DNA of 24,000 nt from Mucinivorans hirudinis (GTDB lineage Bacteria; Bacteroidota; Bacteroidia; Bacteroidales; Rikenellaceae): the NCBI GenBank assembly GCA_000723505.1, contig HG934468.1, forward strand, positions 504,798 through 528,797, read 5' to 3'. The notes beneath the pieces are model-generated. The model saw nothing but the letters and a program-made list of their open reading frames with translations, was not told the origin of the DNA and did no database searches. The position numbers were made by a program, and so were the translations under genes. Shown here one piece after another: positions 7,023 to 14,769 of this stretch (its first letter is position 1; each line of letters begins with the position of its first letter).

Positions 7023-8201
7023 CTCTTGTCCATCGGAGTCGATAACCGTCAGTGTTACAGGGATAATCAAACCCTCGTATTCGAGTGAGGTGATTGAGAT
7101 ACCGAGCCGTTCGCCTTGAATCTTCGCCATTCCGGTAACGAGTGCATTGCGTGGGACAATAGTTTCGCCAGCTCTCATCGGTTCGAGTAGTCGCATTCTG
7201 ACTGCCTGACCGTCCGTAATGGTTTGGTTATCGTGAATGCACGCTTTAATCGTGTTCTTCTCCGACTTACCCTCCGTGCCGACTGCCGTGTGAAAACCCA
7301 TATTTCGCTCCTGTGAGTAGTCGGCAATGAATTCCGAATCGCTAACAGGTTGCGTAAGTCCCGACACAATCCGCTGCTGAACCTGACCGATAGGGGTCAT
7401 TTGTGCCTTGCCGTTTTTGTAGGCTTCTACGGGTTTGGCGGTTTCAGTTATCGAAACAGTGGGCTGTGTCGGTGGCGTTGCTCCGCTCTGACCTGACGGC
7501 AGATACTTCGCTGCCAATTCGTATGACTTCTCCATAAGGGCAAGTTGCTCATCCATTGCATTGCGTGGCGACTCTGCCTGTTCCAATCGTGCGTTCAGCT
7601 CCTCCAACTTCAACCGCATCTCCTCCTTTTGCATAAATTCGGCGTCGTTCGGCAATCCAAGCCTATGGCTTGATTGCTCTCTCTCCTTAGAATTTTCAGG
7701 GTCTTCTTTGGGTGTTTCGTAGAAATTACCCAAGGTGCGATTGATGTCCTGATAGGCATTTGCCGAGGCATAGATGGTTTCACGAGGTCGGGAGCTTCCG
7801 CCACCACTGCCATAGCTGCGTTGCGGCTCGGTGTAGGGTTCGGAATAGTCCTCTTCGTATTCATCATCGCTGCCAAACATAGAGGCTAAATCCTGCATCT
7901 GAGAGCGACGCTCCTCTTGCTTACGATCCATTAAATCCTGCTCGTAGGCAGCTTGTTTGTCTCCGACCATCTGTTTATTAGTGGGTGAGGGAACTTCGGT
8001 ATTGTAGCCTGCCTGCTCCTGCTCTTTCGCCTTATCCTCGTCTGAGGGTGCAAAAATCAGCCACATAGCACCTACGAACATTGCCACCATCAGCGGATAG
8101 ATAAATAGCTTCTTGCGTTTCTGACGCTCCGCTTCGGTCAGCTCCTTACGTGGTTTGTCAGGCTCACTGTGAGCCTTTGTTTCAATCTTGTTTTCGTCCA
8201 T
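7023..8201 (-). CDS. traM: traM exon 1 (N-terminal 393 aa of TraM)
   Basis: MDENKIETK...KKLFIYPLMVAMFVGAMWLIF (TM segment)...AKIQGERLGISITSLEYEGLIIPVTLTVIDSDGQE. The ORF continues 3 codons (LRS) into the intron before a stop at 7011. Confidence 0.85.
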
Positions 8202-8460
8202 TGTTGTTGAAATTAAATTGGTTAATACTATCTTTTTGTTGCAGCTTCAGCCCCTCGATGTGTTCAATTTCGATACGTTGCCCCTCGTTTTTGCCTATCT
8301 GATAGATTGCCGAAACGAATATGTAGAGCGAGGTGATTCCGAACACGGCAAACATTAGAAGGATGACCGCCAGCCGCTTTTCGGGGGTTATCCGTCCGCA
8401 CAGGTGGCGAAGTTTATCTTCAGTCCAATCCTGAATTTTGATTACTATGCGGCGTATCAT
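8182..8460 (-). CDS. traL: Conjugative transposon protein TraL
   Basis: 92 aa with a single TM segment. It lies between traK and traM, with overlapping stop/start junctions typical of the operon. Confidence 0.7.
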   Translation of the reverse strand: MIRRIVIKIQDWTEDKLRHLCGRITPEKRLAVILLMFAVFGITSLYIFVSAIYQIGKNEGQRIEIEHIEGLKLQQKDSINQFNFNNNGRKQD

Positions 8461-9080
8461 CGCTTTTGCGTTTTGATGTCCTTATTCTCGACCACCTCAA
8501 AGGCTTCGATGATAAAGCCGTGAGGGTTGTTGTCTGAGCGGACAGAGTTCAATAGGTTACATTTTGTAACCAGACTACGCTCGGTGACGTTGCTCTCTCG
8601 GATAATCATCTGACGTGCATAGGTATTGACCTTGTACGGATATGTATCAAAGTTGCACGCTACACTATCCACCTGCACCACCTGATTGACGTTGCCGGCG
8701 ATAATGCGGTTGTAATACCCCTTTTCGGCAAAGTCGGTGTAGTAGTTAAATGCACTTTTGTCTGCCAAGAGCAGTGCTCGTTTGATGTTGCTCTCAATCG
8801 CATTTTTATCGGGCGAGAGGGTGAAAAATAGCTCGTGAAAACGCTTGACGTGTTCTCGTGCTTCGACAGGTCGGTTTTGCGACAAGTCTTGCGAGAGGGC
8901 GAGCATCAACGATTTGCCACCGTCCAACACGTAAATCTTTTGGCGTTGTGCTTCGGCAAATGTGTAGGAGCTCCAAATGGAGTATCCCGCAATGCCTACG
9001 CACAAGCTGATGAAGATGATAGCGAAGAGGCGTATCTGCTTGAAACTGCTCTCGATGTTTTTTAATGACTTAAATTCCAT
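8457..9080 (-). CDS. traK: Conjugative transposon protein TraK
   Basis: 207 aa. MEFKSLKNIESSFKQIRLFAIIF... plus a TM segment matches the remembered TraK N-terminus. It sits immediately after traJ. Confidence 0.85.
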   Translation of the reverse strand: MEFKSLKNIESSFKQIRLFAIIFISLCVGIAGYSIWSSYTFAEAQRQKIYVLDGGKSLMLALSQDLSQNRPVEAREHVKRFHELFFTLSPDKNAIESNIKRALLLADKSAFNYYTDFAEKGYYNRIIAGNVNQVVQVDSVACNFDTYPYKVNTYARQMIIRESNVTERSLVTKCNLLNSVRSDNNPHGFIIEAFEVVENKDIKTQKR

Positions 9081-9100
9081 TGCTTTTTTATTTTTACATT

Positions 9101-9125
9101 TCTAATAAAAGGGTCTGTGACCCCC
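9101..9125 (-). repeat. Copy B of a conserved ~24-nt motif with a GGGTC/GACCC mini-hairpin, upstream of traK
   Basis: Plus strand TCTAATAAAAGGGTCTGTGACCCCC. It matches 17696..17718 with one indel and one mismatch. It ends about 20 nt upstream of the traK ATG. Confidence 0.7.
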
Positions 9126-9141
9126 TGCGGTGGCTCACCGT

Positions 9142-9660
9142 TTATTTACCAAGAAGGCGACCTGAGATATTTCCTGCTGCCGCACCTGCTCCGGCTCCTG
9201 CCATTGAGCCTGCTTTGCCAGCGGTTGAGTTGACATTCTTGCCATAATTGCCTGCACCACCCGATTGGATAATCCACCCTGCTACGGTAGGAATGGTGAA
9301 GTAGCCGATGATGCCGATAATCATAAATACCAGATACACACCGTTGCTCGCTTCAATCGAAAAGTTGGGGTTATTCTGCAATTCGGATATATCGTTTTGG
9401 AGCATCAAGACTTGAATTTTGGCAAGTATGGAGCTGAACAGATCCGACACGGGTAACCACAGATAGACCGAAATGTATCGTGTTATCCATTGAGTTAACG
9501 TACTCTGGAAACCGTCCCAGACCGAAATTGCGAAAGCGATTGGTCCTAAAATGGCAAGGACAATCAGAAAGAAGGTGCGGATAGTGTCTATCACGAGTGC
9601 TGCTGCCGCAAAGAGCAGTTCGAGCAGCTCTCGAAACCAATCCCTCATCGACTTTTTCAT
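9142..9660 (-). pseudogene. traJ: traJ 3' fragment (C-terminal ~170 aa of TraJ)
   Basis: MKKSMRDWFRELLELLFAAAALVIDTIRTFFLIVLAILGPIAFAISVWDGF... is the conserved second half of TraJ. An IS separates it from the first half. Its ATG lies in the duplicated ATGAAA. Confidence 0.85.
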
Positions 9661-9931
9661 CTGTGTATATTTTTGTATTAATTTGTATAATAGCTATTTA
9701 AGGTATAATTAAGAGATTAAATTTTCATCTTCGTACTCCGTGCCTATAAAGGCAGTGGTAACACCTGTTGGTTCTTAATTTTGTGCCCAAATCTCTTTGG
9801 ACATAGGTCAATTTCATACTCAAGCTCTTCTAAGGGAAGTCTCAGAAAAAATGCGACCTATGTTGTTGCCTTAAATATAATGCTTGCTTAAAACGAAATA
9901 AAAAATGTAGCTTGGTGAGATGCAGCCCATT
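9661..9931 (-). ncRNA. Candidate bridge RNA / seekRNA in the 3' non-coding end of the IS110-family element
   Basis: A 270-nt non-coding stretch lies downstream of the recombinase. It holds three copies of the flanking hexamer ATGAAA. It has a 10-nt identity to the left junction (9809..9818 = 11231..11240) and a 9-nt identity to the right junction (9722..9730 = 9654..9662). An 8-bp stem CATAGGTC...GACCTATG encloses one of these matches. Confidence 0.45.
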
Positions 9932-11157
9932 TCATAAAAATACACTAACATCAACACCTAATGCCGATAAACGATTCAAATAGTTCCGTATCTGCTTCTT
10001 CTGCTTGCGAGGATTTTTGTCGTGTAACTCAGGCTCACGATATGGTTGTTTGTTCAACAAAATGAAGTATGCGGCTACAATAATTTTATGCCCAATGGCT
10101 ACAAGTGCTCGCTTCTTACCTCGTCTGCCTACCAAACTCTCATACTTTCGCTTCAAATAGCAATCCTTCTTACGTGTCGCCCCCCACCCACACTCTACCA
10201 ATATCGAAGTAATATGGCTATTACCCTTTATGGTCTTTGTACTTTTTTTTTACCGGCACTCTCATTATTGCCCGGACTTACACCACAATAAGAACTTAAA
10301 TGGTTCTCATCAGGAAATCGTTCCATATCAACACCTATCTCGCTTATAATACCAATGGCACTATCTCGCCCAACACCCGGTATGGTCTCTAATAGCTCCA
10401 ATTCAACTTCATAATCAGAAACAGCCTTGGCTATTTCTGCATCCAACCGCTCTAACATAGCGTCATCATTAGCTATCACATCTCGATGAAACTGCAACAT
10501 AAAACGATGATGATAGCTAACCTTACCTTGCAAAGCTTTGACAAACTCACTACGAGGCGTCTTTATCTTGCCGTGATAAAACCGCATTAATTGATTTACA
10601 TCACTCTCTCCATCTATCAATGCACTGATGATATTGCGACCAACGGCTCCATCAACATCACTCAATACACTTGATAACTTGATATTGCAATCCTCCAATA
10701 TCTTGATTATACGATTCTTCTCTGATGCACTATGAGCTACTAACTTCTTCTTGTAGCGAACTAAATCTCGTAAATCTCTTATGTCGCGTGGAGGGATAAA
10801 GCTACCCTTGAGTAGTCCGCTTACCAATAATTTGCTCAACCATTTGCTATCCTTCTTGTCGGTCTTATGACCAGGCACATTCTTTACGTGCCGAGCATTA
10901 ACCAAAAGAACCTCAAAATCATCCTCCAAAATATTGAATACAGGCTTCCAATAAACACCCGTGCTCTCCATTGCAATATGAGTTACGCCCTCATCTTTGC
11001 ACCAATCTCGCAACGATTCCAATGAAACGGTAAAACCGTCAAACTCCTTTGTGCCGACAACTTCGTTGCCTCGCTGAATAGTTGCAACTATCAAATCCTT
11101 ATGGACATCAATCCCGCAACCAACCCCAATGTAGGGGGTAAATAGTATCTCTTCCAT
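9932..11157 (-). CDS. IS110-family DEDD/serine recombinase (transposase), split by a frameshift in an A9 run
   Basis: N-terminal RuvC-like motifs GIDVHK, MESTGVYW and HKTDKKD are present. The C-terminal domain reads ...GVSPGNNESAGKKK then continues in the -1 frame as STKTIKGNSHITSILVECGWGATRKKD... ORFs 10228..11157 and 9932..10201 join at the homopolymer 10243..10251. Confidence 0.85.
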
Positions 11158-11224
11158 TGAACATAGTGTTAGTTAATCAATAGGCAAAGATACTCATCTC
11201 TGTTGGTATGCTCAAAATTTGAGA

Positions 11225-11734
11225 TTATGACAATTTCATATTATACATACCTCGTTCGATATACATCCCCGTCATCGTCATCATATCACCCGGACTCCAG
11301 CCGAGTTCTTCCAACTGTTTGTCGAACTCCTCATTGGAGACTAAATAAGCTGTTTCGGGATTACGCATCATAGCTTCGTATTCGAGTTTATCCTTTTGTT
11401 GTCGGTACTTGTTCATATCCATCGTCTGCGACTCAAGCATCTGATGTGTACCTTTGACAACAGGCGACATTACGCCGTTAATCGTTCCAAGCACGAGCGA
11501 GGGGAAGAACATAATGCAGATGCCGATAGCAAATGGACGGAGCATTGGATATACATCAATCGGTTCGGCACGAGCCAAGGATTGCCACACACGGGAGGCA
11601 ACATAAATCAAGGCTCCGAGTCCGGCGATACCCTTTGCGATACCTGCCATATTGCCGCACAGGGGCATCATCTCTACATACAGATTTCGTAGAATCTGGT
11701 GCAGGTTTGAAAAATCTACTGATAACATCATCAT
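11225..11734 (-). pseudogene. traJ: traJ 5' fragment (N-terminal 167 aa of TraJ plus 2 IS-derived codons)
   Basis: ...FSNLHQILRNLYVEMMPLCGNMAGIAKGIAGLGALIYVASRVWQSLARAEPIDVYPMLRPF...GMYIERGMYNMK is the conserved first half of TraJ. The frame then reads L-S-stop inside the IS. Confidence 0.85.
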
Positions 11735-11737
11735 TGC

Positions 11738-12169
11738 TTACCAGTATCTATCGTTAGCATTGCCGTAGAGAGCCATCACACGGTCAGTGTCGCCCTGCTT
11801 TTGGGCACGTAGGTAGCTGACGGAGATGTTTTTGTTGGTGTAGTATCCCACCAAATTGCGGTACTGTTTCACCGAGTTGTAACAGCGATCTACCACATCC
11901 ATTCGCTCCTTGTCACTCATCGAGAGGGTCGAGATATTAACCACCGATTTGAGTTCATTGAGCACTCCTGCGCTCTCTTCCAAGAGTTTGGCGTACCCAA
12001 AGGCGATTGCCCCCAACTCCTCGACACGGTAATTCGGGTCTCGGAGCATTCGCTGAAAGTTCACTACATAGATGTCCGAGATTTCGCCAATCATTAGGAT
12101 AGTCTGCTGTACCTTGCGAGCGTCCTTAACAAGATTATTTACAGCCTTTAACGCATCGTAATACTTCTT
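11738..12169 (-). CDS. traI: traI exon 2 (C-terminal 143 aa of the DUF4141-type transfer protein)
   Basis: KKYYDALKAVNNLVKDARKVQQTILMIGEISDIYV...YTNKNISVSYLRAQKQGDTDRVMALYGNANDRYW matches the remembered C-terminal two-thirds of Bacteroidales TraI/DUF4141 proteins. The 41 upstream codons of ORF 11738..12292 are intron domains V and VI. Confidence 0.8.
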   Translation of the reverse strand, partial: KKYYDALKAVNNLVKDARKVQQTILMIGEISDIYVVNFQRMLRDPNYRVEELGAIAFGYAKLLEESAGVLNELKSVVNISTLSMSDKERMDVVDRCYNSVKQYRNLVGYYTNKNISVSYLRAQKQGDTDRVMALYGNANDRYW

Positions 12170-12210
12170 GTCGGGTAGGTCGGGGACATTGCTGTCCCTT
12201 TCCCCCCTAA

Positions 12211-12244
12211 GAACCGTACGTGATACTTTCGCATCATACGGCTC
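12211..12244 (-). ncRNA. Group II intron domain V (intron 2)
   Basis: GAGCCGUAUGAUGCGAAAGUAUCACGUACGGUUC. This is the canonical 34-nt domain V with a GAAA tetraloop. Confidence 0.9.
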
Positions 12245-12281
12245 AAGCAACTCAAAATTCATAATATGAATTTGACTCATT

Positions 12282-13949
12282 TTATCTTCCATTTTTATTA
12301 GACTTCATTCTCCATTTGCGGCAATCATCGTGAAACAATACCTTTTCCGTTTTGCCGTTTACCAATCTCTCGGTAATACTCCACGGGGTGCTTTTTCTGA
12401 TAGGTTCGCCACAAATTACACATCTGCGTTTTTGCTTTTCCCACATCCGTACAATGACACTTTTGCCATTGGCTGATAGCAACATTTGACGGGTTTCCCT
12501 CTTGTCAAAGTATGCTTTCCAATCGGTGTCATAGGGATTGGCATCGCATTTGAGTTTGGCATATCGGGTTACTTTTGTGTCAGATAACCTTTTGACAGAG
12601 TGGTAAGTCACTGCTCCGTTCTCTTGGTGTTTTACAGCAAAAGTCCAGCTTCTGCCTCTGACGTTGTGGAAATATTTATCCGCAACCCAATGTTTCCCTT
12701 TGGCAGGGTGTCGCCTTAACGACCATTGCATAAGTTTTCGATAAATCTCGAAATCCATTCTTTGGAACGTCTTTGCAGTAACACAATGCTTATAGTAGTT
12801 TACCCACCCCGTTATTACGGGGTTGAGAAGTCGGATTAGGGATTCCTGCGGTATAGCTTTATGGTCATTGATAATGCCCCTTAACTTTTCGAGGAATTTC
12901 TTTTGTCCTGCCTTAGAGGGTTTGATTAACAGCACTCCTTTGTACTTACGAATGTTGAAGCCAAGAAAGTCAAAACCTTCGTCAATGTGAGTTATCTTCG
13001 TCTTCTCTTCTGATAGGGTAAGTCCCCGTACTTGAAGAAACTCTTTGACCATTGGCATAATCTCTTGTTCTAACATCTCCTTGTTTCTGCTGGTGATTAC
13101 AAAATCGTCGGCATAGCGGATGAGATGTACTTTCGGGTAGTACGACCTTTTAGGGCTGTATAAATCGACTCTCTTAAACTTTTCTTCGAGCATTGTTTGC
13201 AAGCCGTCAAGGGTAATATTTGCCAGAGTTGGGGAAATGATGCCTCCTTGCGGAGTACCCTCTTCTGTTGGGAAAAGCTCATTGTTGAATACGAAGCCGC
13301 ATTTTAACCACTTTTGTAGCATCACCCTATCCATAGGGATATTGTTTAGCAGCCATTCGTGGCTAATGTGGTCGAAGCAACCTTTGATGTCTCCCTCCAA
13401 AATCCATTGCGGAGATGATTCTTTTGACAGATTAATGAAGCATTGATGAATAGCATCACCCGTACATCTCTCCTTGCGGAATCCGTATGAGTGATTGTCT
13501 GCCGTGGTTTCAGCCACGGGGTCTAATGCCATTAAATAAAGTGCCTGCATTGCTCTGTCTTTCATCGTTGGTATTCCCAATGGACGTAACTTCCCATTAC
13601 TCTTTTTGATATTTACCCGTCTGAGCGGTTGAGGCGTATAACCCCGTCTTTTGAGTTCCTTAATAGCATTAACTTTTGCATTTGGTGAGTGCCAAAGAAC
13701 TTTGTCAACTCCCGATGTGTTTTTGCCTTTGTTGGAAGTCACTCGTCTTATTGCCAATACTTTGGCATAATACGAGTGAGTGAGTATCCACTGTAAAGAT
13801 TTGACCTTACCGTGTTTACCCTCTTTTTGAGCCTTTACAATACGTGCTTGTAGCTTACGAACTTCAGTTTCGCACTTGTTCCAGTCGATACTTTCCCAAG
13901 TGGTTGACTTGCTGTCAGTAGATGCACACGATGTCTTAATTTCGTTCAT
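12282..13949 (-). CDS. Group II intron-encoded reverse transcriptase/maturase
   Basis: 555 aa. RT motifs include LRPLGIPTMKDRAMQ, SYGFRKERCTGDA, TPQGGIISPTLANITL and IRYADDFVITS. A maturase region (GWVNYYKH) and a short Cys/His C-terminus (CVICG...HDDC) follow. Confidence 0.92.
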   Translation of the reverse strand: MNEIKTSCASTDSKSTTWESIDWNKCETEVRKLQARIVKAQKEGKHGKVKSLQWILTHSYYAKVLAIRRVTSNKGKNTSGVDKVLWHSPNAKVNAIKELKRRGYTPQPLRRVNIKKSNGKLRPLGIPTMKDRAMQALYLMALDPVAETTADNHSYGFRKERCTGDAIHQCFINLSKESSPQWILEGDIKGCFDHISHEWLLNNIPMDRVMLQKWLKCGFVFNNELFPTEEGTPQGGIISPTLANITLDGLQTMLEEKFKRVDLYSPKRSYYPKVHLIRYADDFVITSRNKEMLEQEIMPMVKEFLQVRGLTLSEEKTKITHIDEGFDFLGFNIRKYKGVLLIKPSKAGQKKFLEKLRGIINDHKAIPQESLIRLLNPVITGWVNYYKHCVTAKTFQRMDFEIYRKLMQWSLRRHPAKGKHWVADKYFHNVRGRSWTFAVKHQENGAVTYHSVKRLSDTKVTRYAKLKCDANPYDTDWKAYFDKRETRQMLLSANGKSVIVRMWEKQKRRCVICGEPIRKSTPWSITERLVNGKTEKVLFHDDCRKWRMKSNKNGR

Positions 13950-14559
13950 TTGCTTTTCTGCTTTAGTAAGTTCTTAAAGTTTCTTGTAAAGTGTTACCTT
14001 ACGCGGAAGTCTGCCCACTTTCGTGTGGAGTGATGTCTCAACTCCTATCCGCTCCATTACAGAGCGACGTTCGCTTTTTCCGCAATCCTATACCCGCACT
14101 CCATTCGGCTTATCTTGCGACTTGCTTACCTATCAACTGATAGGAGAAATACGGGCTTACCACGTTTTACATAAGTGACGAATGAGTGACTTAGGTTCTG
14201 TCTATACACCGGCAGTCGTTGTGTCCGTGTAATCTCACAAGGTTCGAGATTATCCGACTGCGCACCATTTTGGTTCAAGCCTGTCAGCATAATTTGGCTT
14301 GTTTCATACGTTACGATGCGTCAATAACAGTTCATTTGCATTAACCATATCACTCAGCCTCGCTCCCCAACCCCCTAATGCTGGCGGTCATTGCTTCTGC
14401 CTCACGGCTTCTGCTTTTCCTTGCGGAAGGGCTACTTTGTCTGGGTAGCTTCGTACAAACCAATCACTTGAAATGCACGTACCCATAGGCTACTACTGAC
14501 GGAACAGTAGGTTTAATCTTGTTGTTAAACAATCACTTATGCAACTATACGTGTCGCAC

Positions 14560-14757
14560 GCCCTGCTCGTAAATCTTCACGGTCTCCTTGAAATTGTTTA
14601 TCATATTCGAAGCCGTCGAGGAGGTTTGCACAATCTGTTTAGTGGTGTTTACTATACCCTGTGCAAGATTGGCAGGGTCGAACACCGCCCATTGTGCATT
14701 GGCTTTGCCGACAAAAAAGAGACAGACGGCAAAAAGCATTAAAATTTTTGTTCTCAT
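14560..14757 (-). CDS. traI: traI exon 1 (signal peptide plus N-terminal 66 aa)
   Basis: MRTKILMLFAVCLFFVGKANAQWAVFDPANLAQGIVNTTKQIVQTSSTASNMINNFKETVKIYEQG. The ORF then reads VRHV-stop from the intron 5' end GUGCGACACGUAUAG. Confidence 0.8.
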
Positions 14758-14769
14758 CGTTTGTTGGAT

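Larger units (their letters stand above)
9661..11233 (-). mobile_element. IS110-family (IS1111-group-like) insertion sequence in traJ, about 1573 bp
   Basis: It encodes a DEDD-type recombinase. There are about 75 nt of non-coding sequence 5' of the gene and about 270 nt 3' of it. Identical ATGAAA hexamers flank it at 11234..11239 and 9655..9660. No long terminal IRs were seen, as expected for this family. Confidence 0.85.
12170..14559 (-). mobile_element. Group II intron (bacterial IIB-like), 2390 nt, inserted in traI
   Basis: The 5' end is GUGCGAC (first nt at 14559). Domain V is at 12211..12244. Domain VI has the hairpin GGGACA-GCAA-UGUCCC and a bulged A (12176) 7 nt from the 3' end ...CCCGAC. 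An RT/maturase ORF lies inside. The exons rejoin in frame. Confidence 0.88.

Noticed and set aside
12170-12175. Intron 2 ending at ...CCUAC (like intron 1) rather than ...CCCGAC
   Set aside because: That site would leave 5 extra nt in exon 2 and break the frame. It would also put the bulged A only 2 nt from the splice site. Ending at GAC gives an in-frame KIYEQG|KKYYDAL junction and a branch A at -7.
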